A stretch of 64,000 bases of DNA from Eledone cirrhosa. Its lineage: Eukaryota. Made by a program: the position numbers and the translations under genes. The first letter of the stretch is position 1, and every line of letters starts with the position of its first letter. The notes under the pieces are model-generated. The model was given only the letters and a program-made list of their open reading frames with translations, searched no databases and was not told the DNA's origin. The stretch lies in the NCBI GenBank assembly GCA_964016885.1, contig OZ024745.1, positions 36,022,001 to 36,086,000 on the forward strand. The letters are read 5' to 3'. Positions 28,447 to 43,285 of the stretch are shown here, in pieces.

Positions 28447-28506
<60 letters not shown>
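28447..28506. repeat. (TTA)20 spacer between the two Dong copies
   Basis: Read directly. Confidence 0.97.
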
Positions 28507-28507
<1 letters not shown>

Positions 28508-28650
28508 AGCTGCATTTATCTTGCTTTATGTTCATACGAGTTATCACCAAGTCACAACCAGTGACCTCAAGAGACAACAAGGTCCGCCATGTTCAAGAAA
28601 GAACATACATACTCACACATGCATCTTTAGTGTTTAGACTTGTGATGTAC

Positions 28651-31600
28651 TTATATTGACAGAGTCTTCCTTAGTATATGGGCAGTTCTCATTAGTACTA
28701 TCTTTTGTATTTCTCCTATACGCAGGTTTCCTGGGATATGCGATAAGTAATGATTAGACCCCTTAGGTATCATTCCCAGAGAGCCTACAACCACTGGCAT
28801 TGTTTTAGTTCTCAATTTCCACATTTTTCCAATTTCTATCTCCAGGTCCTTATACTTGCTCAATTTTTCAAATGTTTTTATAGATACATTCTTGTCTATT
28901 GGAATGGACATATCAATTAGCAGGCATACCCTCTTTTTAAAGTCCTTCAATATTATATCAGGTCTGTTTGCATCTATTTTTCGGTCTGTTTGGATGCTAA
29001 AGTTCCACAAGATTGAGATGTGATCTTTTTCAAGTATGGGAGGTGGTTGATGCTCCCACCAATTCTTTTGATGGGGCAGGTCAAAATACTTACACGTTAT
29101 CCAATGTATGTATTGTGCAGCTCTGTCATGCCTGTTTAGGTATTCGGTTGGAGCTATAGGACTGCACATTGAAATTATATGGTCAATGGTCTCTGGTTGA
29201 TTTTTGCATACACGGCATAATGGGCTGCATCCATTTTTTATTATGTTGGCTTGGTAATTTTTTGTTGGCCGACACTGATCTTGTGCTGATATAATCAGTC
29301 CTTCAGTCTCCGATTTCAGTCCAGGGGATGACAATCACTGATGGGTTAAAGTTTTGTCAAAATCAGGATTGTTAGCTCGTTCTGGGTATTTTCCATACAG
29401 AGGCTTTTCTTGATATTTCTTAGCCAGTTTCTGTAGCAGTTCTTTCTTTGCAGTTACTTTTACCTGCTTTGCTTTTTCTGTGTTTTCCATTTCAGCAGTA
29501 AATGGGACTTCTGAAATTTGTAGTCCATTACTGTATATTTGTGCATCTTTTGTAATGGAATATGATCTTTTGATGCTTTCGTGTTTCAAAACGAGTTTGA
29601 TCATCCAATCATGTGATTCCCTTAGATATGTTAATAATCCAATTGTTGCAGTTTTCAACGCAATGTCTAACTGGACTAACCCACGTCCCCCTTCTTTCCT
29701 AGGGAGATATATTCTATCTATATCTGCCTTAGGGTGATGCATTCTGTGCATGGTTAAGAACTTTCGAATTTTTGTATCGAGCCTACGGATCTCCGTGCTT
29801 GACCAGTTGATGACATTGTAACTGTAGGTTACTACTGGTATGGCAAGCGTGTTTATGGCATCAATCCTATTCCTTGCATTCAATTCCGTTCTTAAGATTG
29901 CTCTTACTCTGCGGTAACATTCCTTCCTTATCCTTACCCTCATTGTCGAGTGCTTGATTCCGTCTCCTTCACAAACACCTAGATATTTGTAAGTTTTTTC
30001 TTGATCAAGTTCTCTTATCACGTTCCCCCGATCAAGATTAATGTCTGAACTCTTCAGCAGCTTTCCTCTGGTGAACGTTGCTTTGGCGCATTTATCTAGT
30101 CCAAACTCCATTTTAATGTCATCACTGAACTGCTCCACAGTGGATAATAGCCCTTGCAATTGTTCATCATTTTTTGCAAATAGTTTCAGGTCATCCATGT
30201 AGAACAGGTGATTAATGGTTTTGTCATAGACTTTATATCCATGTTTTGTCTCATTGAGCATTTTACTTAATGGTATAAGTGCGATGCAGAATAAAAGCGG
30301 TGATAAAGAGTCACCCTGAAAAATTCCACAATTAATATTAACTTCTCCAGCTTCCAGTGATTTTGTTTCACTATTCAAAAGGAGTGTCGTTTTCCATGTC
30401 TTCATACTGAATGACAAAAACCTCCTGACAACGGGGAATATTTTGAAAATCTCTAAACATTTTTCAATCCAACTGTGTGGCAAACTATCGAATGCATTTT
30501 TATAATCTATCCAAGCAATCGATAGATTTTTGTGTCTATTATGACAATCTTCCAGTATCATTTTGTTAACCAGAAGCTGATCCTTACAGCCATATGAGCC
30601 TCGTTTACACCCTTTCTGCTCAATGGGAAATAGGTCATTTGTTATCAGGTGGTCATATGTGTATTCAGTTAGGACTGATCCAAAAATTTTATACATCGTG
30701 GTCAAGCAAGTTATCGGTCTGTAATTTTTGGGATTGTTTGTCTCCTCATTCTTCAGAAGCAGAAATGTAATGCCGTTAACTAGCCATGATGGTATCTTTT
30801 CTGGCTCCTTAACTATTTCATTGTAAAGGTGGGCTAACAGCTCATGAGACTCTGTGAAGGCATTTATCCAAAAGTTTTGTATGTTGTCTTTTCCTGGGGA
30901 TTTCCATTTGTTGGTTTTTCTTAGAGCCAAGCGCAACTGTTCAACTGTTATATTTTGCCATATTTGTTCCTCAAGGTGAGCTTTATCTTTCATTTGTCTG
31001 TCTATCCATGGGGCATGTATGTTATGAACTTTTTCTTCGGCCCAGATCTTTTCCCAGAATTCTTGCACTTCCTCCTTGGGTGGTATTGATTTAGCAGTTA
31101 TTGTTGACTTACCAATTTTTCTGTAGAAGTTTCTTTGGTTGTTTTTGAACATATTATTGTCCTTATAGAGGATTGGCAGAGGATTGGCAGTACCAGTAGA
31201 GGGTCGGACGCCATGCTTTGACGCATAGATTTACGGTCCTTGCCATTCTGAGTTCAAATCCCGCCGAGGTTAACTTTGCCTTTCATCCTTTCGGGGTCGA
31301 TAAAATAAAGTACCAGTAATACACTGGGTTAATTGCTGGCCTTGTGCCAAAAGTAGAAACAATTATTGTCCTTATAGAATCTAGATCGTTTTTCAAAGCG
31401 CCTTATACGATTAGCTTTGGCCGACACTTTTTGCTTGATTATTTCTATCAGCATGTCTATGTCACATGTTGATTTTATACTGTACTTTTTTTTCCATTTT
31501 CTAAGTTTAGTTTGTTTAACATGTTCACCTACTTTATAGTTTGTTAACATTTCTATGTCAGATCGGAGAAGGTTTATTTGGCGATTGATGTTTTCTTGCC

Positions 31601-32511
31601 AAGTAGATTTCTTGTGGGAATTCCTTTGTTTTTTCATCTTCACTCCACATAAGTGAGTGGTGACTTCAGCCGATGCATAATAGAGATGATTTAAATCAGT
31701 AATGTTTAGTTTGTTTGTGATGATAATGTTTTTGAGAATTATGTTAGTCTTGTGTATTATCTTTTGGTTCTGTTTGGAGTTCTGGATCTTAGGGAGGGTG
31801 TCTCGTTGCCCCATGTCAGATTCTTTCATTTTCATCCATTCGATCATAATTTCATCCTTCAAGTTGGCAAGTTCATTCTCATTCATTTCTTTATCATTTA
31901 CGATCTCATTATTTTCAATTTGGAGTTTCATCCTGGGCATGCACTTCCTCCACTTTTTCGATCCTTTCTTTAATTTGTTCTGTTTCCAGTTATTCCGCCC
32001 CAACCCTGGGATTCGAAGTGTTACAGTTTACCTCGTTTTCACTGACACATGTTTCATTTTCCCTTTGCTGACTTTGTGCTAATAGCTTGATCTGATCAAT
32101 TTCTATATCAGTTAGTAACTTTTTTCTTACAATATTTCTTCGTATATTGGCTAGTTTGTTACTCTCAATATAGCCTCTGTTTTCGGGATGTTTCTTTTTC
32201 CAGTTGATATATGTCTGTTCTGTATTCGATGTATTTGATGGGTAGTACATGGCAGTGTAGAAAGCCTCAAGGACTTCTTTATTATCTTCCCTTGACCATT
32301 TTTCTCTCTTTTTCTTTGGATTTCTTGGTGGTGAGCATGGAGGGACAACAGTAGGAGTATTCCGCTTATGGGAGGTCTCCAGCTCCGAAGTGATGGGAAG
32401 GTTTGAACCATTAGCTGATTTTTCGACCCCAGTCTGGTTCCTCTCTGAGGGACGCGGCCCTTTTTTACCCGGGTGACGGCCGATCCGGTATGAGATTTTA
32501 TCATTAGACAT
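28651..32511 (-). pseudogene. R4/Dong polyprotein, copy 2: stop at 29335, SINE insertion, further lesions near 31920-31990
   Basis: ORF pieces of 227, 605, 224 and 173 aa match copy 1. Confidence 0.92.
31170..31361 (+). mobile_element. S1 SINE inserted in Dong copy 2 with 17-bp TSD
   Basis: TSD ATTATTGTCCTTATAGA at 31153-31169 and 31362-31378; empty site in copy 1 (~26178). Confidence 0.95.
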
Positions 32512-33657
32512 TTACTTTATTTTGTCGCGTTTTATCCTTATCCGCCAAGGGGTAATCATTTCGTGTTACCACTTCTAGAACGAGTGTCAACCAAGACTAG
32601 CGGGGTCGTTCTCCCCTAGAGACACGGCTATTCCCCGCTGGCCGCCATCCCGGTATTTCTTGGTCACGTGGTTTTTTTTTTGTTGTTTTTATTAAATTGT
32701 TATTATCATGAGTTGTTCCTTAATGTGAGCATTGCGTGGCTTAAGAATGAAATTATTAATAATTGTCTCCACTCCAGGCCCAAGGCCAGCAATCACCCAG
32801 TGCATTACAATAATATAATATACTTTTTGCTGAAGTTGCCTGTTTTTGTTGTTGGCTATGTCGGTGGTGGTGCCGGGGCTTTTTATATCGTTGGTGAGGA
32901 AGAAGTGAGCCAGCAATCCCATAGTTGTTGATGTTGACGTTTGGCCGGTGGCCAGGTCACTAAGTCAATCTATTTATATCTTTTGCTAGCCTCTCCCTTG
33001 TCTAGTGATACCGCCACCTTCCCCTTTCTCTCTCAAGTTAACAGGGGAATAGTGGTGGTAGCAATGAAGGAGTGGTGGCGGCGGTGATGGGATAGTGGTT
33101 GCAATGATGGATGGGGTGATGGCGGCGGTGGCATTGTCATTACTGAGTTTTGTGATGTAGTATCTATGAGTTTGTGTTCGTATGTTTAATATATATTGTG
33201 TTGACATATTCCCGTAAAATTGGGATTAAACATTTTGTTAAAACTTGAGACAATAATAATAGTAATTATTATTATGATGCTGGGATTGATGGTGGTGGTG
33301 GTGAAATTGCCGTATCTGGCTGTTATATTTAGTGTGATGGGATAGGTGGTGTATCAAGTTTCTGGTGTTGGTGAAATTGCTGTTATTTGGCTGTTCTATA
33401 TAGTAGACAGAGGGTGTTTTCTTCCATTTATAACCATTTTCTTTTTTTGAATACAAAATATATGATACAAAATTGAATATTTGAGCGATATAACAATATA
33501 ATATGGATCCGAAATTTTATGGGACTTCATTCGGTGGTTTATGCAACATTTGTACTAAGAATTGTTATTTCACAATTGATTTAAATATGTTAAAAATCAA
33601 AAACTTGCAGGAGCGATTTCATGACCTTCTACCGCCTCGTGCGTCTTCTTCCCTTCC

Positions 33658-33707
<50 letters not shown>

Positions 33708-35899
33708 TTGGGTTTCAGTATATGCAATATATGTGCATCCACCGTACGCCTTTGAGTACACCTAAGGCCCCAATCTGTCACTTGTTATCCGGTACGACGG
33801 AGGATACAGTATGGGTACTTTTAGTGCATATGATCATATTGTAGATATTGGAAGTCTTGTTCGCTTCAGACACGAATTTGGTAATATTCTAAGACACGTG
33901 AAGAATAGGCTTTTTTACTCATAAACGAAGGCTAATGGTTTCCATATACAAAAGGTATTTTATGCATATGGGAAACAAATATCAAATTTAATTGTGAAGA
34001 TTTGGTGTTCAGTTCGAAAAATAATCATCTGATTCCTGTAACATATAATCGAGAGCTCATCATTGGAAGCTTTGAACTTTATTTTACCTGTATTTTTTAG
34101 GATAAAATATGTGACTGTTTGAAACGAAATAAACATTTACATACTTAGAAGTGTAACCGAGTCGACGCAAGACCGGAGGATGCTATTTGTCGAAAGTGAA
34201 AATCGATAATGTATTAATTGAATGTATGTAGTATTTCATGAAATTGATAATAACGTTCTCACTGACGATATTAATGGTATTAATGGGAGTAACAATAGAC
34301 CTGATAAACGAGCGATATTGGTAATGTCGAATATATTAGTAGCATTGGAAATATAGTGGAGGGTGTTGTAGTAATATAGAACACCAGTATTAGATTTCGT
34401 ACTATGAATAATAGAACTAACATGCAGATGTTACGTAGGAATAATCTATTAATATATTTAAATGTATTAATATAATATACATTAGACAATATTCACATTA
34501 CTCAGTAGGTTAAATAGGGATTACTAAAATATCGCTAAAGAAATGCGAACTAAATTTGTAAATATTTCAAATAGATTCCATACCCCAAATAATGGGTCAA
34601 CACTAAATGTATTACGAATAAAGATTAAAACAAAGTTATTATTCTAGTTATAATTTCATATGTAAAACATGACGTAGTTAAAGTTCTAAAACAAAATATT
34701 AATCAACAAGAGTATCACAACAAACACGTTGCAATAATTAGCTTTCATCAGATTTTGCCATCATATGAAATTACAAAAGGTTTTCCTTTAATGTCAGACA
34801 CAGTCTACAGAAATGGCAACTAACGTGTTTACATGAAGTATTTTAAACCTAGCAACATGCATTCCGTTACTTAACTATAAAAATAAAATAAAACAGCACC
34901 ACAACATAAAGTTGAAATGTCATAGAGTTGCCCTCATCCACGATATTTTTCAGATTCCATGTCTAATGTTTGGAAACCAAATATGTATTTATTTTCACAT
35001 ACATTGTGAAAACAGCAGAATACATAAAATGAGATAACACAGCCGGAGAAAATGAACTAGAGAGAGAAAACTAAATTACATTTATGTACTATTTAAAACA
35101 GAATGAAACGAGAAGATAGAAAGCATTCAAGATGAAACAAATGTTTCCTCTATTACGTGATAGCCGGGGATGGAGCCTCTCAGACGTCTTTCCTGCACTC
35201 GTTTTAGTATTATTCAAATAATGTGATTAAACGCTTCCTGGATGACCCAATACATGTTGATGCTTTGTTTAATGTATTTAGTACGACAAAGGGGAACTAG
35301 GAGACACACAGACACACACACACAGACACACAGACACACACACACACAGAGGTTTATTATATATATACTAGTAAACATCGTATATATATATACGAGGTTT
35401 ACTAATGTGACAACAGAAAGATCCATCGGAATGAATACACTTAGGTATATATATTAAAATCATATTCTTTATAGGTTCATATCAAAAGTGTTATTCAATA
35501 TTGTTTTACTGTTCAATCATCAACAAAAACTGTGATTTTACATTACTAAAAATTCAAACTTTCTCCGCTTAATTTTTCTCAAAATACACGAAATCTATGG
35601 AAACTGTTCCCTTATTGGGAATATCAATACTACTACTACCAGAATTCTTCATGATCTGAAAATATCATTTGACCAAAACAGATGCAGGACATTTACAATA
35701 CAACGAGTATTAACAAATGCATTGATAGGAAATAATGACTGACTTTCATAACTTCGAATGTTCTAGTTAATTGAGAAAACCCGAAGAACAATATAAAACA
35801 TCTGCATTAAACTGTACTATTATCGTCAGCAACCCCCTTTAGACGACAGAGCGTAAGTTATAATTTTGTGTTGTGTAATGTCACAGAATGAATAACAAT

Positions 35900-36660
35900 T
35901 GATCGTGATGCAATTAACCTACTAAACACAAATCACATATTATACTAGAAATGAGAATTCCATCAACAACGCATTTATGAATAGAGACTAGAGAATAACT
36001 GAATATCACAGAATATTCTAAGAAGGTGAATATTAACACTGTAATTTACTTTTCAAATACAATCGTAAAGCTTCTCAGTTACTGTGGAACGAAAGGTAAT
36101 GAATGAATCATATCCAAAAACATGTGATACTATAGAAACTTTATGACTGTCTGAAAATCCAACTGAACAGTCATAAATATCTACCTAATGAATAATGCAT
36201 GGTGGCCTTCAAGCAGAGGTATTCAAATCAAAGAGACTGGAGAATTGGTTATTATAATTCTGGAAGAACGTACCACTTTTATTAGAAAAGTGCAAAAGCT
36301 AATACGAAAATCTTCAAGTCTTAAAAAATGTAAAAAGAAAACAGTTCTGATGTGTTGAGAAAGAAATTATTTGACATTAAGCAGATGTATTCGATCGAAA
36401 AGGCAATTTCTGCAGTGATTGTAAACAACGAGGGAGCTCTTATTTCGGCACTCAATCTGCTAGAAATAGAAAGTAAATTTGTCTCAATTCAGAAAATTCA
36501 GGCTTCGGAAAGGAAACGATACAGATTTGCATACCCCAAAACTAGAGAGCTATTTATTATATATTTGGTAAAACAATACAAACTTCCGGCACGATAAAAG
36601 GAAACGCATCTAGGGATTCGAGATGGTGAGACTTAAGCAAACACTAAAAACAACATGCAA
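35900..36660 (+). pseudogene. Possible decayed LINE RT remnant
   Basis: IKQMY..KAISAVIVNN resembles a region of non-LTR RT; otherwise eroded. Confidence 0.25.
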
Positions 36661-36921
36661 TATTCGTAATATGTTTATGTAATTTTCTGTTTTTGTCGAA
36701 AGACACGTAAATTTCCCTGTCTATTCTTTGATTTCTTTTATCTCACATGCATCTTACCACAGAGTGTTTGTTCAAATTATTGGGCAACTGGCATTACATA
36801 TTTAATAACACCTTATTACGGGTGATTGCACGTCATCAAGATGGCTAAAGTGCTAGAAATACAGTTCACTGTCCGTTTTATGTAACAGTCTTTCTATATG
36901 CATTTGTTGATAAATACATTC

Positions 36922-36981
<60 letters not shown>

Positions 36982-37025
36982 CATATATATATATATATGT
37001 GTGTGTGTGTCCATGCATGTATACT

Positions 37026-37138
<113 letters not shown>

Positions 37139-40100
37139 AAAATTAAATTAAGGGTGTCATGTCCGAGACATGCACCATATCCACCGTACAATAAGCTCAA
37201 AGATTCCAATGAATATATCCGAGCATGAAATATATACAAGGAAGATTAATCATTTTAAAAGTTATCTATATTTGAAGTTCTAGTTAAATTTAATTAGTTA
37301 CCTACCTGGCTGTGTGTAATCGCACACTTTCCAAATTATCCCCTGTGATTGTTTCATGTGTTTATTTTAGATATATATATATATTTCAATCAATTTCTAG
37401 TTGTTATATATATATATATATATATATATATCAAGTATCAATTCGAAAGGCGTTTATTCAAAGAGGATCTTTCAGAGTACATCTAATCGAATGGCCACGT
37501 GGTAATTGACCGATCATTATCCTTTTGACGATTAATTCATTTTAAACTACAAATATATACTATACATGACATATAATGAGAACGTTCCTTCTTTTTGATC
37601 ATACACACAAGAACAGAGATGAAAAGAATGAAACGGTGAGAGTTGTGATGGAGTGGGAGAATGAGACATGTTTCATCGGACAACATGTTATATGAATCGA
37701 TAAATGACTTGAAGAAATTAGACATGAAAAAGAAAACGCGTAAATATTACGATGTATTCTTATTCATTTATTATTGTTTTGTTCGGTGTCATTCATTATA
37801 ATGCAAACTTATTAAATTTTATCCAAAAGTACATTATCCATGGTTCCTTTTTTTGTGAAGCTAGGATATGATTTGGGGAACATTTATTTCACATTTCTTA
37901 AATGCTGAAAGGCACGTAGAGATTCCTTCTCTTCCCGTGTCTTTTGGTAGAATACATTGATAACGGTATCATTTTATATACTGGATGTTTAGAGGTAGGC
38001 AAAAAAAGCAAATATAATTCAATTGTTAATCTATTTATAATGTTTATTTAATTGCTGCTTCGCTTATAATGTTCTACTGTCAAGATTTGTAATTTATCTT
38101 TGAAAACATTTTGTATAAGGCAGTACACTACATGTGGGGAGAATATATACGATATGCGAGAGGGATGATTTGTGAATGTGTATGTTATTGTTGCTGTGTG
38201 TGTGTCTAAATAACATAATGAGATATCAATGCTGAATTATGAAATCATTATTTATATTTAAGAGACTTTTATTCTACTACTGTATAGAAATGATATATAA
38301 CAATACAATAAATAGTGGAATACTGCGCTCCGTTTCACCTTCACACAGTTGGTGGTTATTCAATTGATTAGCAGCCTCGAAATGTCTCGTGAAATCATTT
38401 ACACAGTCTAATACATTTTTTAGCAATCGTACTTATTCAATGCCAATTTATTACACTGAAATGATTGATTTCTTGTAATATATGCATAAATTAGAAAATA
38501 AAAATGATTCGGAGCGCAATCTATTTTTGAATAATATAGCGATATTGTATTTATTTTTATTTTCTTAATTGTGTCTTGAATCACTATAAAGTATGTAATT
38601 TAATATTAGAGATTAAAAGTGGTGGCTAGGCACAAATGTTTGGGTGTCTGTCAAAATGATTTGCGATATTTGCTCCAGATTTTCTAACTCTGATTTCAAA
38701 TGACAATGAAATAAAATTTGTCATTTTTCTTAACAGGTTCAATAAAGTAAAGTCCCAATCAAGTACTGGATTTGATTGGGACTTAAAAATTCTCAGTCCT
38801 CCCTATAGGTAACGTTGTGCTTCAATTAGAAACCATTCAGAAACGAATATCGCAGTGTATCGGTTTATGAATCTGGCAATATTGCTAAACATTTGAACTA
38901 TTCCACTATGGTTTTTCAGCATAAATCACATTCTAATTATGAAAACATAAAATGTCAATTATAAACATAACCTAAATGGAATAAATTATTGCAAGGGTAT
39001 TAGCCTTTTTTTTAAAGAATAGTTAAAACACTGTCCTGGTTGACATTCATTTTCAGCCAGCTGGGTTCGATAGTATATTTAAAACACACTCAATAAATTG
39101 AGTTGATATAAACAGCTCTAACTCGCCATCAAGTGTGGCTTCCGTAAGCTAATTAATATAATAATATTTGTTTGCTAACTGAAATTTTCACCAGTGAAGT
39201 ATATATTAGATCTAACGGAAACAGATTTATATATAGTCATATGGTTCTAATATAAATGTATTGGTAGATATATTGCATAATGTTTCTAGTAGTTATTAAG
39301 GAATATGTGGAGTTATTAATTTCACTATTTACTTTTGGAAATCAGTAGAGTATTTAGTCATAATTGCATACAATTGTAGTGGAAAGCCAGAATGTGAATC
39401 AACTCATATTGTGCGGATATTTGACAGCTTGTTATTTACTTCATCAGGAGAATCTGAGTATCTTGGAATCATTTTCTTATTTCTTTTAGCTGATGTACTC
39501 ACATGATAAATATTGGCACAAATGTGTCCAGTAATGGGCGCAGTGTAAAGATCAACATCTGTGCCAACACCCCATATCAAATTAAACAATTTCTCCACTA
39601 AATTTTAAATGAAACAAGCAAGCATATGGACGGCAACGGATTCTCCTAACCGTTTAAAGGAATTCAAGCAAAACGTATTCAGTCGCATATAGGGCTTCTG
39701 GAAGACTAGGATACAAGGATAGACTTAGTGATTCATGATATCTGCGGTCTTGCTCGTCTATTGTGAGTACAAATAATACAGCGGTCAACGTTGCATTTAA
39801 TCTATACAAATTCGATAAACGAAGTGCCAAAAAATCGATTGAATACTTTATATGCTTCTCCTTACAACAATAAACTTTATTTCTAAATGAAATAAGATCA
39901 ATATTGTTTGTTGAATCTACTCTTTCATTTCGATGGTACCTCTTCTTTCCTTTCCTCAAAATAAATAGATAGTTTGTGATTACTGAAAAGGAACTAATAA
40001 TATTTTATCATGTGATCTCCGAAGAGTGACCGTAAAATAAATAATATTATAACCCTCCCTGAACTACAAGTGTCGATTAAATAAAGGGCACATCAACTTG

Positions 40101-41100
40101 GATAAAACGAATTATTTCTCATACGGGAAATTCTATTAATATGGCGAAACTTCGTGTTGGAAGTATTTTACAAAGTAGTACCTCTACCGATTTGGGTAGG
40201 AATAAGTGTCTCCCAATGTGATCTGTACTCGTCTCACTCTCCTCTAATGAATAATATTAAAATCGATAGCAATTATAAACTATTAGCATATATCTAACGA
40301 AAGCTTCCTCGCTTAGAACGGTTAATCACGTATATAGTAAGTAGAATCAACATAGCACGCAATTCGCAAAAAAGAAACATTAATATAATATAAGTGTATA
40401 TGAATTGTCAACTTTCTGTTTACAGAAATTCTCTTTTCTAAAACGCTGAATATAAAAGATTCAGTTTTGGTCATTATCAAGAAATCACCAAAACTAAAGA
40501 ATTGTGTGATCTTATAAACAATGAAATTTGTCAGATTAATTAATAAAGCACAAGAACAATATTTCTGACAATCAAAGGTTTGAAAATGATGGATAGACAT
40601 GTGTTGTCTCTTATTATTCTGGAAATTCCATATGGCTACATTTGAAATATAACTCTAGTTCTCTCGGATGATGGGATTGTCACTGATTTGCAAGAATTCC
40701 AATTGATGGGAGGCTATCAGTTGTCAGAACACAATTGAAAGGGGGAAAACCTTGTAAAGAAACAAAATATACCCTGTGAGAACATAATGACTATATTGAT
40801 AGTGTGTGTTAACGGTTCTCTTCCAATTGAGAGGATAACATACATCAGCATGTCGTAAACATGGTAATGGATTCTCCATTATATTTTGTAAAAGTTAATG
40901 TTTATTTGAATATTTTGAAACCATTGACTTGAAGTAAATGTAAATCAATAAATCCCGGAGCTTACATCAGCTATCTGGATGACATAGTCATCCTTTCGAA
41001 ATCTCATTATGAATTTTAATTCGTACTTACCCGTACACACTCCATGTCTTGATATAAGTAGATAGTACAATTTCTCTCTTTGAACGTCATTAATGTATCA

Positions 41101-41285
41101 GAGCGGTGGATTGGCAGTATCGGTAGAGGGTCAGACACCATGCTTTCGAGCATAGTTACGTCCCTTTACGATCTGAGTTCAAATCCCGCCGAGGTTGACT
41201 TTGCCTTTCATCCTTACGGGTTCGATAAAATAATGTACCAGTAATACCCTGGGTAATTGCTGGCCTTGTGCCTAAAGTAGAAACA
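41101..41285 (+). mobile_element. S1 SINE, near full length
   Basis: A/B-box-like head, core and tail; imperfect TSD ATTAATGTATCA / ATTGATGTGTCA. Confidence 0.9.
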
Positions 41286-42599
41286 ATTGATGTGTCATGG
41301 CATTACGGTGTCTTACGTCAATGTATCAAAAACATACATTTCCATCAGGTGAAAATATATTATAATCAAATGTCATTTCAAGAGTGTTTTTGTTAATGTT
41401 ACAGTTGTAGCCGTCAAATATATTTATATCCGTTTGAATCCATCTAAATACAACATAACATATCCTCATATGTGCCGAAAATAAAATGTAAATTGTCTAT
41501 TCCATTAAAAATATATATTCACAAATCTTATACCACCTGAAAATGGAAGGCCTTTGTGCTAACAAGCTATCACATTAGCTAACAACTGATGAGTATATTT
41601 AATCAGCCATATATCGGTGTGTCTTTAAGGTCAGACAGTTATGATATAACCCATAGGATTCAACTGTAAAATAAAGGATACAGTTGCAGACTATCAGCCT
41701 GAGCCGATCACACATAAATATATAATCACAAGGCAAATGGAAAGAATACTGGTTTTAGATGGTTGTTAAAAAAAATAGTGTGTATTATATTGTTTATTAA
41801 ACAAGGAACAGTGATAACGATGTTGATATTATACTGAAACATAACAAATATACTAGTGGTACTTCCACACTAAGGTGAAGTTACACAAAATTTATAACAG
41901 TAACATTTGCTAGATAAAGATAATTAATTATAACGAGAAAGGAAATAGAGTTATCAGTGCATACCTGATTCAATCGTATCATAAAGTATGCTTGCTTAAA
42001 TTTCATTTTGATGAGAATTGATTACACATATGATTTAGCATATTTTCCAATGCAATTATCTTTGCATGTGGTTATTAATTTGTTTATATAAATACTGAAT
42101 ACATTGAGATAACTTTGCAGCATTAGCATTGATATACATCTGAGATTTTCCATTGTACTTATAAATCTTAATGGAACAGTGATAGTGATTCCAGCGAGAT
42201 ACCGTGCAAAACTCTCAAATGAAAATATACTTATCACACTCCATGCATATATGTAGAAAGAAGTGGCATAAATAAATTATATATATATATGTATGTATGT
42301 ATAGCGGTGTGTGTGAGTGGGTGTGCACTTCAATATACCTGATAAAATATACACCTAAAGTACATTCGAACATAAAATATTGATATGAAAATAATTATTA
42401 ATTAGCCCCAGGCACACGTGTGTTTTGCTATTTCTCCGTATCTGCACCAGTGACGAAAACATGTTTTGTTTGAACAATCACAAACGTCCCCACACCCATA
42501 TACACACGTGAACATGCGTGCACATATATATTTATATATATATATATATAAAAGGAACGATCGACTTTCGTCAAATCGGACCGAGGGAACAATGTTTCC

Positions 42600-42734
42600 G
42601 TTGGTCTTTCCAATTGCTAATACTATCTAACGGTCGCAACTTCAGGTAGAAGGAGCAACGTGAAATAAAGTGTCTTGCTCAAGGACATAACATATCGCCT
42701 GGTTCAGGAATCGAACTCACAACCTAACGATTGC

Positions 42735-42737
<3 letters not shown>
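42600..42737 (-). mobile_element. Second tRNA-derived SINE family (S2) fragment
   Basis: Minus strand GAGTTCGATTCC B-box followed by GTCCTTGAGCAAGACACTTTAT. Confidence 0.7.
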
Positions 42738-42783
<46 letters not shown>

Positions 42784-42785
42784 TA

Positions 42786-43285
42786 ATAATGAAATGACAG
42801 GAGGCTGGATTTGTGTAAATCCTTGAAAGGTTTATTATACTATGATCATTTCAATGACCGGGTTCCGTATGAATCCGGTGATATCATCAGGTATTCGAAA
42901 TATAATACGTGAATGTAATAGGTAAAATCCATGGGGCTGAAAATCGAGACCCGAGGGCGACCGCTATTCTGTTCCTTCAACCTCAGCCGGTCGCCCTGGA
43001 TTTTACCTATTACATTCACGTATTATATTTCGAATACCTGATGATATCACCGGATTCATACGGAACCCGGTCATTGAAATGATCATAGTATAATAAACCT
43101 TTCAAGGATTTACACAAATCCAGCCTCCTGTCATTTCATTATAATATTTAACTCCGTAATAGCACCACCAACTACAAAAACAAAGACGGTTGAACTGCTT
43201 TACGTTGAGTACTCTCTATATTATTGCATTACGATTGACCATACGGAATAGACCAGCTCTATACAGTGGTGAACCTCAAACCTGA

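Larger units (their letters stand above)
28507..33657 (-). mobile_element. R4/Dong-clade retrotransposon, copy 2 (full length, disrupted)
   Basis: Same termini as copy 1; (TTA)n at 33658-33708. Confidence 0.92.

Noticed and set aside
26379-29337. In-frame TGA codons as selenocysteine or readthrough sites
   Set aside because: Each TGA is private to one copy (CGA or TGG in the other), consistent with ordinary nonsense mutation.
23744-32504. Antisense or alternative-frame ORFs shared by both Dong copies (e.g. 24519, 26966, 29480, 32151)
   Set aside because: They are shared only because the copies are near-identical; no independent motifs.
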